DNA of 64,000 nucleotides from Thermodesulfobacteriota bacterium (GCA_034189385.1 JAXHVD010000010.1:1-64000); one strand, 5' to 3'. Shown: positions 17,227-27,196, counted from the stretch's first letter. The notes: generated by a model from the sequence alone, not told the origin. Numbers and translations are program-made.

Positions 17227-17610
17227 ATGACATTGACCCAGCACGAGACATGGCAAGAAACGTTTACTCTTCCTGAGAAAGGATATACAAAGACAAATAT
17301 CATCTGCCCGGTGTGCCACGAGTCCTTTCAGGTAAAGGTTTATAGTGCGTCCAAGACCCGTCTCAGGAAGCTTTTTTTTGCCTCCTGTTTCTTTGCTATC
17401 GCGGCCTGTGGGATCGTTTTTGGCGTATTTGCTGGAAGGGAAAAAGGCTATATAGGGTATAGTCTGGCGGCACCTTTCGGTCTTTTCGCCCTATGGCAAT
17501 TGGCAAATGTTATTCGCGGAAGGTTTCATCCCAGCGATCTTGTTTCTCATGGGCAAGGCAAGGTGCACAGGATCTTTGGTGATCACACCATCACATTTCC
17601 CGATGCGTGA
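17227..17610 (+). CDS. Hypothetical membrane protein with CxxC
   Basis: AGGGG upstream of the ATG, a CPVC motif and two hydrophobic segments. Confidence 0.65.
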   Translation: MTLTQHETWQETFTLPEKGYTKTNIICPVCHESFQVKVYSASKTRLRKLFFASCFFAIAACGIVFGVFAGREKGYIGYSLAAPFGLFALWQLANVIRGRFHPSDLVSHGQGKVHRIFGDHTITFPDA

Positions 17611-17777
17611 ACACCTGAAGCCCGGTCGGGCCGTGGCAAGTGCTGGAGGAAACATGGACCAGCTGCGGGACTCACCGGCATTCCTGCTTGGGCAACGGCC
17701 GGTGTAGGGCTGGCACCGATGTCTCATGCAACCAATCTTTTCCAGTCTCTCAGTAGCAGAGGTAGGGAGAAAAAGAC

Positions 17778-20618
17778 ATGAACAAAAGGTCAATCGTCAT
17801 CGGGCTTGGGATTATCGCTGTTCTATTGTTTTGGACAGGCATTTCAATCTATCCTGACTGGCTATGGTTCGAGAATCTGGGGTTTTCGCCTGTTTTTTGG
17901 ACCATGGTGTTGAGCAAATTCGGCTTCGGTTTGTTGATTTGGCTGCTGTTGATTCTTATCATATCGGTTAACCTTTACGCCGCCAAACGTTTAAACCCGC
18001 ACAGCGCGCCAGGAGTGGCCTTTAAAGCTGCCGACGGTCTTGGCCTTTCAGCCAGGGCGTTGAATGCACTCCTCATCGCTTTTATTCTGATTCTTACTTT
18101 TATGACTGCGTCAAAGGGCTCCTTTCAATGGGATCTACTCCTGCGCTATCTGTATCAGCAACCCTTTGGCAGCGCTGATCCTATCTTTAACAAGGACATC
18201 GGTTTTTATCTCTTCTCTCTTCCCTTTTACATTTTCCTCCGAAACGGGTCATTGGTTCTTCTGATTTTTGCCGCTCTGGTCACGATGGGTTGGTATCTGA
18301 AAAACGGTGCGCTTCAAATAGAGGGTGAATTTAGTCAAGCGCAGGGTGTCCCGACCTCTTTACCCAAGATTACGATTGCCCGACAGGCCAAGAAGCACCT
18401 CATTTTCCTGGGAGGAATCATGGTTCTACTCCTGGCCTGGGGGTATCATCTGAAAATCTATGGGGTGTTGTATTCTACACAGGGACCTGCTTTCGGCGCC
18501 AGCTATACCGATGTCCACATCAAGGTCCTGGCCTATAAGATATTGATCGTTGTCTCCCTGGGCTTTGCCCTGGTCCTTTTTCTCAACGCCTTTAGATCCA
18601 GGATGAGATTCATCCGGTTAAGTGGCGTCATCTGGATAGGGGCTGTGTTGGTCTTTGCGACCCTCCTCCCCACCCTGGCACAAAAATTTGTAGTGAAGCC
18701 GAATGAATTGGCCAAAGAATCACCCTACATCGCTTACAATATTGATTACACCCGCAAGGCTTACAATCTGAACAAGATAAGAGAAGTCGATTTTGAGGTG
18801 AGTGACAAATTAAGCGCGCAGGACCTCAAGAAACATGATGCGACGATTCAAAATGTGAGGATCTGGGACGAGCGTCCTTTACTTCAAACCTACAGGCAGA
18901 TTCAAACCATACGGCTGTATTACGATTTTATCAATGTAGACGTAGACCGTTACCAGGTCAGCAACCAATATCGACAGGTCATGTTGGCCACCCGGGAGTT
19001 GGTGGCAAACCAACTTCCTCCCCAGGCAAATACCTGGGTCAATAGACACCTCATCTATACCCACGGCTATGGATTGGCCGCAAGCCCGGTCAATGAAGTC
19101 ACCAGTGAGGGACTGCCCAGCCTCTTCATTAAAGACGTGCCGCCTTCCCATGAACCTGACCTGAAGATAGAGCGCCCGGAGATCTATTATGGAGAAAGGA
19201 CCGATGAGTATGTTTTTGTAAAGACGAAGACCAAGGAGTTTGATTACCCCAGGGGGGACAAGAACGTCTATACCAACTATCAGGGAAGGGGAGGCGTCCC
19301 TATCAGATCTTTTTTCAGAAGGCTTTTGTTTGCCGTTGAGTTTTTCGACCCCCAGATACTCTTTACCACTTATTTAAGCCCGGAGAGCAAAATCATGTAC
19401 AACCGCCGGATTGGCATGCGGGCGCGTTTGATCGCCCCGTTTCTCGATTATGACGGTGATCCGTACGTGGTTGTCTCCGGGGGAAGGCTCTATTGGATTC
19501 AAGACGCGTACACGACCTCTGATATGTATCCCTACTCTCTGCGATCTTTTGGCCGTCTCAGGAACAAAGGACTAAACTACATCCGAAATTCAGTCAAGGT
19601 CACGATCGATGCCTATAACGGGGAGGTCGCGTTCTACATTGTTGATGAACATGATCCTATTGTGAAAACCTATTCGAGTATATTTCCTGGTCTATTTAAG
19701 CCGTTCAATGAAATGCCTCCTGATCTGAAAAAGCACATCCGCTACCCCAGGGACCTCTTCAAAATCCAGGTGGATACATACACGAAATATCACATGGAAG
19801 ATGTCCAGGTCTTCTATAACCAGGAAGACCTCTGGCAAATTCCTGATGAGTTGTATGGTGATAGCCGACAAGAAATGGAACCTTACTACATCATTATGGC
19901 GCTGCCCGAAGAGGAAAAAGAGGAGTTTCTTCTGATGATCCCTTTCACCCCTTCCAAGAAGGATAATATGATCGGCTGGCTGGCGGCCAGAAGTGACCTG
20001 CCCCATTACGGGAATCTCTTGGTCTACAAACTCCCCAAGGAAAAACTGGTCTATGGACCGATGCAGATTGAAGCCAGGGTGGATCAGCAAACGGAAATCT
20101 CGCGGGAGTTGAGCTTATGGGGTCAGAGAGGTTCCAGGGTCATCAGGGGCAATCTTTTGGCCATTCCCGTCAGTGATACCTTTATCTATGTGGAGCCCGT
20201 TTACCTGGAGGCCACACAGGAAAAAAGCGAATCGCCCTCAACGCCGGCACCGCAACCCAAAGGTTTTGCAAAACCCGCAAGAGGAGGTGCGCCGATTTCT
20301 TCGCAACAGGACACGTCAAGGGCCGCTTCCATACCGGAACTAAAAAGGGTCATTGTCGCTTTTGGCAATCGCTTGGTGATGGAGGAAAATCTTGATAAGG
20401 CCTTGAGCAGCGTGCTGGGTGGGGAAGTATTTTCCAAACAAGTCGCTTTCCCATCTATGGCACACACGGACGATGCTTCTCATATGGCAGTGCTGGCCCT
20501 GGAACACTATAAGAAAGCCAAAGATTACTTGCGCAAAGGCAATTGGGCTGCATACGGAAAGGAACTGGAAACCTTGGAAAACATCCTAAGAGAGATGACG
20601 AGTAGAACGAACCCTTAG
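17778..20618 (+). CDS. UPF0182 family membrane protein
   Basis: DWLWFENLG, DIGFYLF, VDVDRY, YTHGYG, NYIRNSVK and YVEPVYL motifs. Confidence 0.93.
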   Translation: MNKRSIVIGLGIIAVLLFWTGISIYPDWLWFENLGFSPVFWTMVLSKFGFGLLIWLLLILIISVNLYAAKRLNPHSAPGVAFKAADGLGLSARALNALLIAFILILTFMTASKGSFQWDLLLRYLYQQPFGSADPIFNKDIGFYLFSLPFYIFLRNGSLVLLIFAALVTMGWYLKNGALQIEGEFSQAQGVPTSLPKITIARQAKKHLIFLGGIMVLLLAWGYHLKIYGVLYSTQGPAFGASYTDVHIKVLAYKILIVVSLGFALVLFLNAFRSRMRFIRLSGVIWIGAVLVFATLLPTLAQKFVVKPNELAKESPYIAYNIDYTRKAYNLNKIREVDFEVSDKLSAQDLKKHDATIQNVRIWDERPLLQTYRQIQTIRLYYDFINVDVDRYQVSNQYRQVMLATRELVANQLPPQANTWVNRHLIYTHGYGLAASPVNEVTSEGLPSLFIKDVPPSHEPDLKIERPEIYYGERTDEYVFVKTKTKEFDYPRGDKNVYTNYQGRGGVPIRSFFRRLLFAVEFFDPQILFTTYLSPESKIMYNRRIGMRARLIAPFLDYDGDPYVVVSGGRLYWIQDAYTTSDMYPYSLRSFGRLRNKGLNYIRNSVKVTIDAYNGEVAFYIVDEHDPIVKTYSSIFPGLFKPFNEMPPDLKKHIRYPRDLFKIQVDTYTKYHMEDVQVFYNQEDLWQIPDELYGDSRQEMEPYYIIMALPEEEKEEFLLMIPFTPSKKDNMIGWLAARSDLPHYGNLLVYKLPKEKLVYGPMQIEARVDQQTEISRELSLWGQRGSRVIRGNLLAIPVSDTFIYVEPVYLEATQEKSESPSTPAPQPKGFAKPARGGAPISSQQDTSRAASIPELKRVIVAFGNRLVMEENLDKALSSVLGGEVFSKQVAFPSMAHTDDASHMAVLALEHYKKAKDYLRKGNWAAYGKELETLENILREMTSRTNP

Positions 20619-20637
20619 TGTAACCTGAAATGCATCC

Positions 20638-20979
20638 ATGTCCACTTATCTCTATCACCCAACGGCACACTTTTCTGCCAGGCTAGGAAGAATCAAGGAA
20701 CAGGATCCCACAGGCTACAGACACATCAGCAAGGTGATCCAACGCCTCCTGGTGCATCCCGATAACGCTGACGGGCAGATGCACGGCACCCGCCGTGGGA
20801 AGTTCAAGAAATATGTGGGGCGCGGCGAATACCGTCTCATCTACTATTACTGCGAGTTGTGCCGAAAGGCCAATCGGCGCCTGGCGGACACATGTGAAGA
20901 CTGTGAAGCCATCCCTGACCGGAGCGTGGTCTTTTTCGACGTGTTTCACAAAAACGAGAAAGAAAAGCTGGACTATTGA
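20638..20979 (+). CDS. RelE/ParE-fold-like protein with inserted CxxC...CxxC
   Basis: KKYVGRGEYRLIY and C-terminal VFH resemble the RelE family. CELC and CEDC lie between these motifs. Confidence 0.55.
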   Translation: MSTYLYHPTAHFSARLGRIKEQDPTGYRHISKVIQRLLVHPDNADGQMHGTRRGKFKKYVGRGEYRLIYYYCELCRKANRRLADTCEDCEAIPDRSVVFFDVFHKNEKEKLDY

Positions 20980-21090
20980 ACCGTTCGGATCAAGGGGTGA
21001 TGATGAGGGTTATGAGTCTAGGGAGACGTCCACTTGATGTCGGGGGCAGCCCCAGCGTGGGGCTGTCGGGGGCTGGGCACCATGTTTTCC

Positions 21091-21119
21091 TTGACACCCA
21101 GTGCCACAACGACTAACGT
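21091..21119 (+). promoter_or_regulatory. Sigma70-like promoter
   Basis: TTGACA-17-TAACGT, about 200 nt upstream of the 21324 start. Confidence 0.5.
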
Positions 21120-21323
21120 ACCTCATCGATCCAAGAACCGCCTTCCCTGTGATCCCTCGTCTTGGAAGGAGGGGATCACGTACGGAAATCAGACCCCTTT
21201 TGGAATCCGCTTCAATCCCATCTTCTACCTCATAGATGCGATTTTGCAGCCCTTTCCAGAGTGCTACCTGAGTGCTGTGCGAAAACAGAACGAGGGGATC
21301 GTCACTATGGAACGAGGGGCTGT

Positions 21324-23252
21324 TTGAGAAACCACCTGCATCGTTTTCATATTCCCGTCATGGGCATCGGCCATTCTGCGGATACGCCTATCCGTGTGGC
21401 TCCCCTGGGCATCGGATCCGTCATCTCTCTTGTGGACGACCTCCTGCTTGAGAAGATTCGCAAATATTATTCTGGGCATTATGGCTTTCCCTATGTGAAG
21501 TTGGGACGGAGCGAACCCGACGGCAGGGCGAAACGGATTACGGCCTATCTTGAGACCGTGAGAGAGATCGTTCAGCTCGAACTGGAGAAGATAAAAAGAC
21601 AGCCCTTCTTTGAGGTGAACGAGAAGAGCCGATATTTTGAACTCCTTCCAGAAGAAGCCGATCTCAAACAAGAATATAACCGATTGCTGAAGATGGAACC
21701 CGGCCATGAGAGAGATGTCCGGGAAGAGGCGCTGACTGAGAAGATGCGACCCGGTGCCATTGACGTCAACATCATGGTGAAACTGGACGCCACGAACTAC
21801 GACAGCAAAGGGTCGCCCCTGGGGGAGGAGTTTACCGATGCCAAGGCGGCCCTTAGGGGATATGCCAACAGCCGTCTTCGGTCCGGGATCGTCTTCTCGG
21901 CGGGAATGAACCGGAAGCTTTTCAAGTACATGACCCGGTTTCCAGACTTCTACAGAGACGACACAGGGAAAATCCAGAAAAGAATCATTCTCAAGGTGAG
22001 CGACTTCCGGTCCGCGCTCATCCAGGGAAAGTTCCTGGCCAAGCTGGGCCTTGAGGTTCACGAATTTCGCGTCGAATCAGGACTCAATTGCGGTGGTCAC
22101 GCATTCCCTACTAATGGCCGATTACTTCCATGCCTTTTGCAGGAATTCAAGGAAAAGCGCGAGCTACTCACAACAGAGCTGATGCCCCTCGTAGAGAGGT
22201 ACTATGAAAAGATGGGGTGGCCCTACCCCACATCGGCTTCCAACGGCCCTGCCCTCGTCACCGTTCAAGGAGGCCTTGGCACCCACGGAGAAGCCTGTAG
22301 ACTCAGGCAAGACTTTGGCATGGACCTAACGGGATGGGCCAGCCCCTTCTTGCTGGTCCCTGAAGCCACTTGCGTGGATGGCCCCACCCGCAACCTCCTA
22401 GCAGGGGCCGGAAACAAGGATCTCTTCGTAAGTGATGTGTCGCCCTTGGAGGTTCCCTTCAACAACGTTCACGGCACCGGATCGGAGATATGGACGTCCA
22501 AGAGGGCCTCGACAGGCAGTCCCGGTTCTTCCTGCCCCAAACGTTTTCTGCGAAACAACACGGAGTTCAGCCAAAGGCCCATCTGCCTTGCCTCCAGGAA
22601 GTATCAGGAGCAGAAATTGGCCGAGATCGACGCTACGGCAGCCCTCTCCCATGGGGAGAAGCGAAGACTTCGCGGAAAGGTAGTGGCAAAGACCTGCATT
22701 TGTGACCACCTTGGAAATGGTGCCCTTATTGCCTTGGGCATGGCCAAGGCGACAACCTCTCCTCCCTTGGTCTGTCCCGGCCCCAATATTGCCTGGTTTA
22801 GCAGGATGTACACGCTCAAAGAGATGGTAGATCACATTTACGGAAGAGGGCCCTGCCTGGTTCCTGCCGATCGTCCGCACATGTTTGCCGCCGAGATCGT
22901 CATGTTCGTGGACTATTTTGAAAGACAGGTGGCGTCTTGCTCCTGTTCGGCAAGGGAGTTGAAAACCTTGGAGGAATTCAACCGGAACCTGGAAAGCGGA
23001 ATGGATTTCTGCCTGGCCGAAGCCCTCAAACCGCCGTACCAGGGAGAGAATCTGGCCTCCATTGCGCCCTGTGTGGAAAGGCAACGGGTACGCCTGAAAG
23101 GTATCGTCAAGAGACTGGAAGAAAGGACAGGGGCGGTGGTGGCCAATGCCGCCGAGGCCTCTGCAACAAGGACGACCTGTGGAGAGGATGGGAAGAAGGA
23201 CAGGCCACAGGGCCAAGTCTATCCCCTCACGGCAAAGCCAGAATTTGCTTAA
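21324..23252 (+). CDS. Conserved hypothetical protein (~640 aa), possibly a FabK/nitronate-monooxygenase-like flavin TIM barrel
   Basis: TTG start after GAGGGG. Motifs FHIPVMG, FSAG, ESGLNCGGH, TVQGG, CICDHL and CPGPN. Confidence 0.7.
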   Translation: MRNHLHRFHIPVMGIGHSADTPIRVAPLGIGSVISLVDDLLLEKIRKYYSGHYGFPYVKLGRSEPDGRAKRITAYLETVREIVQLELEKIKRQPFFEVNEKSRYFELLPEEADLKQEYNRLLKMEPGHERDVREEALTEKMRPGAIDVNIMVKLDATNYDSKGSPLGEEFTDAKAALRGYANSRLRSGIVFSAGMNRKLFKYMTRFPDFYRDDTGKIQKRIILKVSDFRSALIQGKFLAKLGLEVHEFRVESGLNCGGHAFPTNGRLLPCLLQEFKEKRELLTTELMPLVERYYEKMGWPYPTSASNGPALVTVQGGLGTHGEACRLRQDFGMDLTGWASPFLLVPEATCVDGPTRNLLAGAGNKDLFVSDVSPLEVPFNNVHGTGSEIWTSKRASTGSPGSSCPKRFLRNNTEFSQRPICLASRKYQEQKLAEIDATAALSHGEKRRLRGKVVAKTCICDHLGNGALIALGMAKATTSPPLVCPGPNIAWFSRMYTLKEMVDHIYGRGPCLVPADRPHMFAAEIVMFVDYFERQVASCSCSARELKTLEEFNRNLESGMDFCLAEALKPPYQGENLASIAPCVERQRVRLKGIVKRLEERTGAVVANAAEASATRTTCGEDGKKDRPQGQVYPLTAKPEFA

Positions 23253-23269
23253 CGGCTGCGGGTACATCA

Positions 23270-23296
23270 CCAGTCCTTTGACTGGCGCTTTTTTTA
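23270..23296 (+). terminator. Rho-independent terminator
   Basis: CCAGTC-CTTT-GACTGG stem followed by a T run, between convergent genes. Confidence 0.6.
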
Positions 23297-23674
23297 CAAG
23301 GAAAGGCCTGCCAGCGGGTCGTCGTCCTGGCACGTGCAAGTCATGCAATAGGCCTTGCAGGCATCAGGCGCTTCAGCGATGAGACAGGTGTTTTCCGCCA
23401 GAGTGCAGGAAACTAGAAACTGGGGGCCCGCCAGCGTGTCAGCAACGTCGATCTGAATCGGGGCTGACAAGTCGCACGTTTGCCCATCCATGACAAATAG
23501 AATCCCGCCAATATCAAAGACCCGGTCTCCTTCTTCAACTGCATCCAATGCCATGGCCATCACCGGCTGATCACACTCACTGGTGGTGAATACCATCCTG
23601 ATAGGCCCCTTCCCCCCTCTTTCTTTCAGAAACGCCTTTGCCATTTCTATTGCCTGGTCCGAGATGTCGAACAT
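23294..23674 (-). CDS. HesB/IscA-like protein with Cys-rich C-terminal tail
   Basis: MFDISDQAIE, IRM...C..P.MAMALD..EEGD and FVMD. Tail C..CL..C...CMTCTC. Confidence 0.7.
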   Translation of the reverse strand: MFDISDQAIEMAKAFLKERGGKGPIRMVFTTSECDQPVMAMALDAVEEGDRVFDIGGILFVMDGQTCDLSAPIQIDVADTLAGPQFLVSCTLAENTCLIAEAPDACKAYCMTCTCQDDDPLAGLSL

Positions 23675-24378
23675 AATGCCCCCTCTGATGTCCCAGCGTC
23701 TGGGTGTCTGTGAAAAGTATGGGCCTGAGCCCGTGTTTATCTGGCTCTTTTCCCATGTCGTTGGACAAGCATGGGCTACAACGAACCGGGAGATGATCCT
23801 TATACCCTAATGGAGCCAAAACCATCGCCAGAAAAGCTTCGGGACTTTTTCTGAGCGATTTTTGACAGCTTTTGTAGAGGCTCTTAGTGAAGTGGAGCGT
23901 GAGCATTGCAACTGTTTGAATCGCCCAAGGCGGTGAGTTTTGCAATGCCAGAGGAACGAACTTAGAGCCTATAAAAAGTGGCAAACCAAGGGAAGAAAAA
24001 CGTTCCGAGGCGCTTCGTCAAATAGGATGATATCTTTATCGCAGGACAGCCAATCAGGTAGGATAGACATCCCATCCCCTCAACAACAAACTGCTTAAAG
24101 AACATGCCCATCACCTCCGGTAAGATGTTGATACCAAAACGATACGCAACAAAAAAACGAGTTCTCTATTCATATTGAATACTTATACTATATCAGGCTT
24201 TCATATTTTCACCGCTCAGTCAAGGGTCGAAAAAAGACGGCCCGCGTTTTTTAAAATATGCGGGACGTATCTGGCAAATCTGCGGACAGTGAAGACAGGG
24301 ACCGTTTTCCGGCCCACACCATATGCCTTCCCTTTGACATATGACGATAACCGTAATACACGTCTCAAGGGTTGGAGG

Positions 24379-24395
24379 AAGGCACGGGAAATGCC
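24379..24395 (+). promoter_or_regulatory. Possible sigma54 promoter
   Basis: AAGGCACGGGAAATGCC gives GG-N10-GC with a GGCACG core. Confidence 0.35.
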
Positions 24396-24555
24396 AGCAG
24401 ATGCTAGGAGTGGCTGGTGAAAGGCGGACGGCAAGGCTGTAGATCTGAGAACCGGCACCGGTTGTCCCATATGATGACAGCACATACTCATGGGATGTGC
24501 CCGGAAATGGGAGATCGAGTTGGAGACAACACCATAGATTCAGGCAGGAGGTGAG

Positions 24556-24798
24556 ATGATGGTCAAAGCCTATGTGTTGTTGAAGGTAACACCGGGACAT
24601 GAAAGAAACATTGTACAAAAATTAAAAGATATGCCTGAAATGGCGGACGTGAACGAGCTTTACGGTGAATGGGATATCATCGCAAGAGCCTCAGTAGAAA
24701 GAATTGAGGACCTTGATGCCCTTCTATCTGAGAAGATGAGAAGAATTGAAGGCATCACCCTCACATCAACCATGATTGTCGCTGAATACAAGTACTAA
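24556..24798 (+). CDS. Stand-alone Lrp/AsnC ligand-binding (RAM) domain protein
   Basis: AYVLL, LYGEWDII and IEGITLTSTMI motifs, with no HTH. GGAGGTGA RBS. Confidence 0.85.
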   Translation: MMVKAYVLLKVTPGHERNIVQKLKDMPEMADVNELYGEWDIIARASVERIEDLDALLSEKMRRIEGITLTSTMIVAEYKY

Positions 24799-24864
24799 AA
24801 GGGGAGTCCTAGGGACGTCGATTTGCAGATCAGAAGAGTCCATAGGAGCAGGACCCGAACTGCC

Positions 24865-25089
24865 CTATTCGTCTCTTGAAGCGGGGTCACGGGCTTTCAG
24901 GAATCTGCCTGTTCCAATGCTCACTGTCTTGGTCCAAGCATCCAGCCAAGACTTGCGGCAGTAAACAGTCCGTCCCAGTCTGAAGTACGGAAGTCCGTCC
25001 AGTTTAGCCAACCTCAACGTATCTGAGACGTCCACCCCCACATATTGTGCAATTTCTCCCCACCCTTTGAGGAGGTCTGCCCTTGGCAT
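24865..25089 (-). CDS. Small excisionase-like HTH DNA-binding protein
   Basis: LKGWGEIAQYVG...LP...G...KSWLDAW pattern. GGAGG RBS. Confidence 0.7.
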   Translation of the reverse strand: MPRADLLKGWGEIAQYVGVDVSDTLRLAKLDGLPYFRLGRTVYCRKSWLDAWTKTVSIGTGRFLKARDPASRDE

Positions 25090-25303
25090 CGCCTTCCTCC
25101 ATAGAATAGGTTTTGTGGCCTCATGAGAACATTATCAGTATAGGCCACAGATGTAAACCTTGGGCACCCATCGTGCCAGACGCATTATCCTTGACAATTT
25201 GTTTTGCCGTGGGATAGATATTAAAGTTACGGTTTAATCTTAAAGCTTCATGGAGGACCCTGTTAAGGGACGGACAAATTAAGAAGCGGCGAGGACGTGT
25301 GTG

Positions 25304-26347
25304 ATGAGATACTGTGCAATAGAATATGCCATTCCGAGTAAGCTTGTAACCAACACGGAGATCATTCAGGAGATCCTCTCCAGGAGCAAGCATTATTTGA
25401 CACAAAAGGCCCTGGATTTATTGGCCCTAAGGTTGGACGAGCTCTTTAAAAAATCAGTCACCTCGGTCAGATACCATCGGGCCAAGAACGAGCGGGCCAT
25501 CCAGTTTGGTGTGGAAGCGGGCAAGAAGGCCCTGGAGTCGGCCAACATGTCCCCAAAGGACATTGATCTGTTGATATATGTTGGTGTGGGAAGGGGTTAT
25601 ATTGAGCCTGCCACGGCGAACGTGTTTCAAAAGATCCTCAAACTGAAAAGCGCCACCTGTTTTGACATCCTCGACGCCTGCGCAAGCTGGCTCCGGGCGA
25701 TCCATGTGGCCCATTCATTCATCAAGACAGGCATGTACAAAAACGTGATGGTGATGAACTGTGAGTTCAACTTCAGAGAATACGCCAATTTCGAGTTCAA
25801 GTCTCTCAAGGATATAGAATTCAATTTCCCCACCTTTACCATTGGAGAGGCGGCCACGGCCACCATCGTCTCGGACTCAGAAGCAGACGATGAATACTAT
25901 ACCTCTTTCAGGACATGGGGCGACCGGCACAACCTGTGCAAGATCCCCCTGCCCCACTTCAACGAATACAGCGATGGCGAACTCAGAAATGAGATTGAAC
26001 CCCTAAGATTCTTCTCTTACGGTGAAAAGATCTTCCGATTTGTCTTTTCAAGGCTCTGCAAGCATTACCGGGAAGATGCCGTGCTCAACAGTTTCAAGCA
26101 CGAAATCGTTTTCAGCCACGCTGCAAGCGATGCCATGAGCAACAAGGTCATCGAGTCCTGCAAGCTGGGCTTGGACAAGGGATACAACACCCACAAGCGA
26201 TTTGGAAATACCGTGTCTGCCTCGGTCCCCCTGGCCATGGCCCTTGCCATGAAAGATGGGAAATTGAAGGACAACACCAACGTCCTCACAGGCTTCGGCT
26301 CTGCAGGGGTCTCCACGGCATGGTCCAAGTTCAAGTTCCTAACCTGA
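25304..26347 (+). CDS. Ketoacyl-synthase III / OleA-like condensing enzyme
   Basis: Catalytic Cys (DACASW), His (FSHAAS) and Asn (FGNTVSAS), plus RGYIEPATA. Confidence 0.85.
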   Translation: MRYCAIEYAIPSKLVTNTEIIQEILSRSKHYLTQKALDLLALRLDELFKKSVTSVRYHRAKNERAIQFGVEAGKKALESANMSPKDIDLLIYVGVGRGYIEPATANVFQKILKLKSATCFDILDACASWLRAIHVAHSFIKTGMYKNVMVMNCEFNFREYANFEFKSLKDIEFNFPTFTIGEAATATIVSDSEADDEYYTSFRTWGDRHNLCKIPLPHFNEYSDGELRNEIEPLRFFSYGEKIFRFVFSRLCKHYREDAVLNSFKHEIVFSHAASDAMSNKVIESCKLGLDKGYNTHKRFGNTVSASVPLAMALAMKDGKLKDNTNVLTGFGSAGVSTAWSKFKFLT

Positions 26348-27196
26348 TCCACTCAATTCCCTGGATCTTCTAGCGGCCGCGCCAATGGCCTCCATGATGT
26401 GCCCCTTTGTCCCGTGGCTATCCAACACCTGAAGTGCCGCCTCCGTCGTCCCCCCTCTGGATGTCACCTTTTTTCGTAGAGAGGCAGGGGTCTCGGCCGT
26501 TTCTTCCAACAGCCTCACTGCGCCCTTCATGGTCTCCAGGGTGAGCCTCAGGGCGTGGGATGGTCTCAGCCCAAGACCAGCCCCTGCTTCCACCAGGGCC
26601 TCTATGACGTAGAAGACATAGGCTGGCCCTGAACCGCTCAAGGCCGTCACTGCATCCAGGTCTTTTTCGTCAAATTCAATCACCGTTCCAATGGCCTCTA
26701 GGATGGCCCGGGCATCATTCAGGTCAGCATCTTTGGCATAGCTGTTGCCGCTCATGCCGGCCATGCCGGCTAGGACCAAGGCCGGGGTGTTGGGCATCAC
26801 CCGGATGATGGGAAGAAGGCCCTTTGCGTTTTGATCCAAGGGGGGGTAAAGGCGCTCTTCGATTCTCTTGATGGGAATGCCGGCCGCAATGGAGACGATG
26901 AGTTTGACCCCCTGTACAGCCTGTGGAAGGGCCCTGGCAAGACCGTCTAAGACGTCATCCATCTGCTGGGGCTTCACCGCCAGAACAAGGATATCGACCT
27001 TGTCAAAAACCTCTATGTTGTCCTCGGTGGTGTTGATGTTGTAGGTGCCGGCCAGTTGGCGCAGTCTGGCATCTCGCACGTCGCTTGCCCAAACCTGGCG
27101 GGCCTCACACAAGGCCGATTTGATGAGGCCATTGATCATGGCCTCTCCCATGTTCCCTGCTCCAATAAAGCCAACCTTCTTGCCTAACTTTTTCAT
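26339..27196 (-). CDS. proC: Pyrroline-5-carboxylate reductase
   Basis: GFIGAGNMG, LAVKPQ, RVMPNTP, TALSGSGPAY and VTSRGGTT motifs. Confidence 0.97.
   Translation of the reverse strand: MKKLGKKVGFIGAGNMGEAMINGLIKSALCEARQVWASDVRDARLRQLAGTYNINTTEDNIEVFDKVDILVLAVKPQQMDDVLDGLARALPQAVQGVKLIVSIAAGIPIKRIEERLYPPLDQNAKGLLPIIRVMPNTPALVLAGMAGMSGNSYAKDADLNDARAILEAIGTVIEFDEKDLDAVTALSGSGPAYVFYVIEALVEAGAGLGLRPSHALRLTLETMKGAVRLLEETAETPASLRKKVTSRGGTTEAALQVLDSHGTKGHIMEAIGAAARRSRELSGSG

Noticed and set aside
22398..23348. 316-aa minus-strand ORF, and similar long antisense ORFs (21264-22061, 32641-33522, 49346-50158, 6453-7046, 59637-60314)
   Set aside because: They are shadows of well-supported genes on the opposite strand and show no family motifs.
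23294..23674. Selenocysteine recoding in the HesB-like gene
   Set aside because: The position is a Cys codon, with no in-frame TGA.
24865..25089. Excisionase-like HTH as evidence of a prophage or ICE
   Set aside because: No integrase, att repeat, tRNA or phage gene is nearby.
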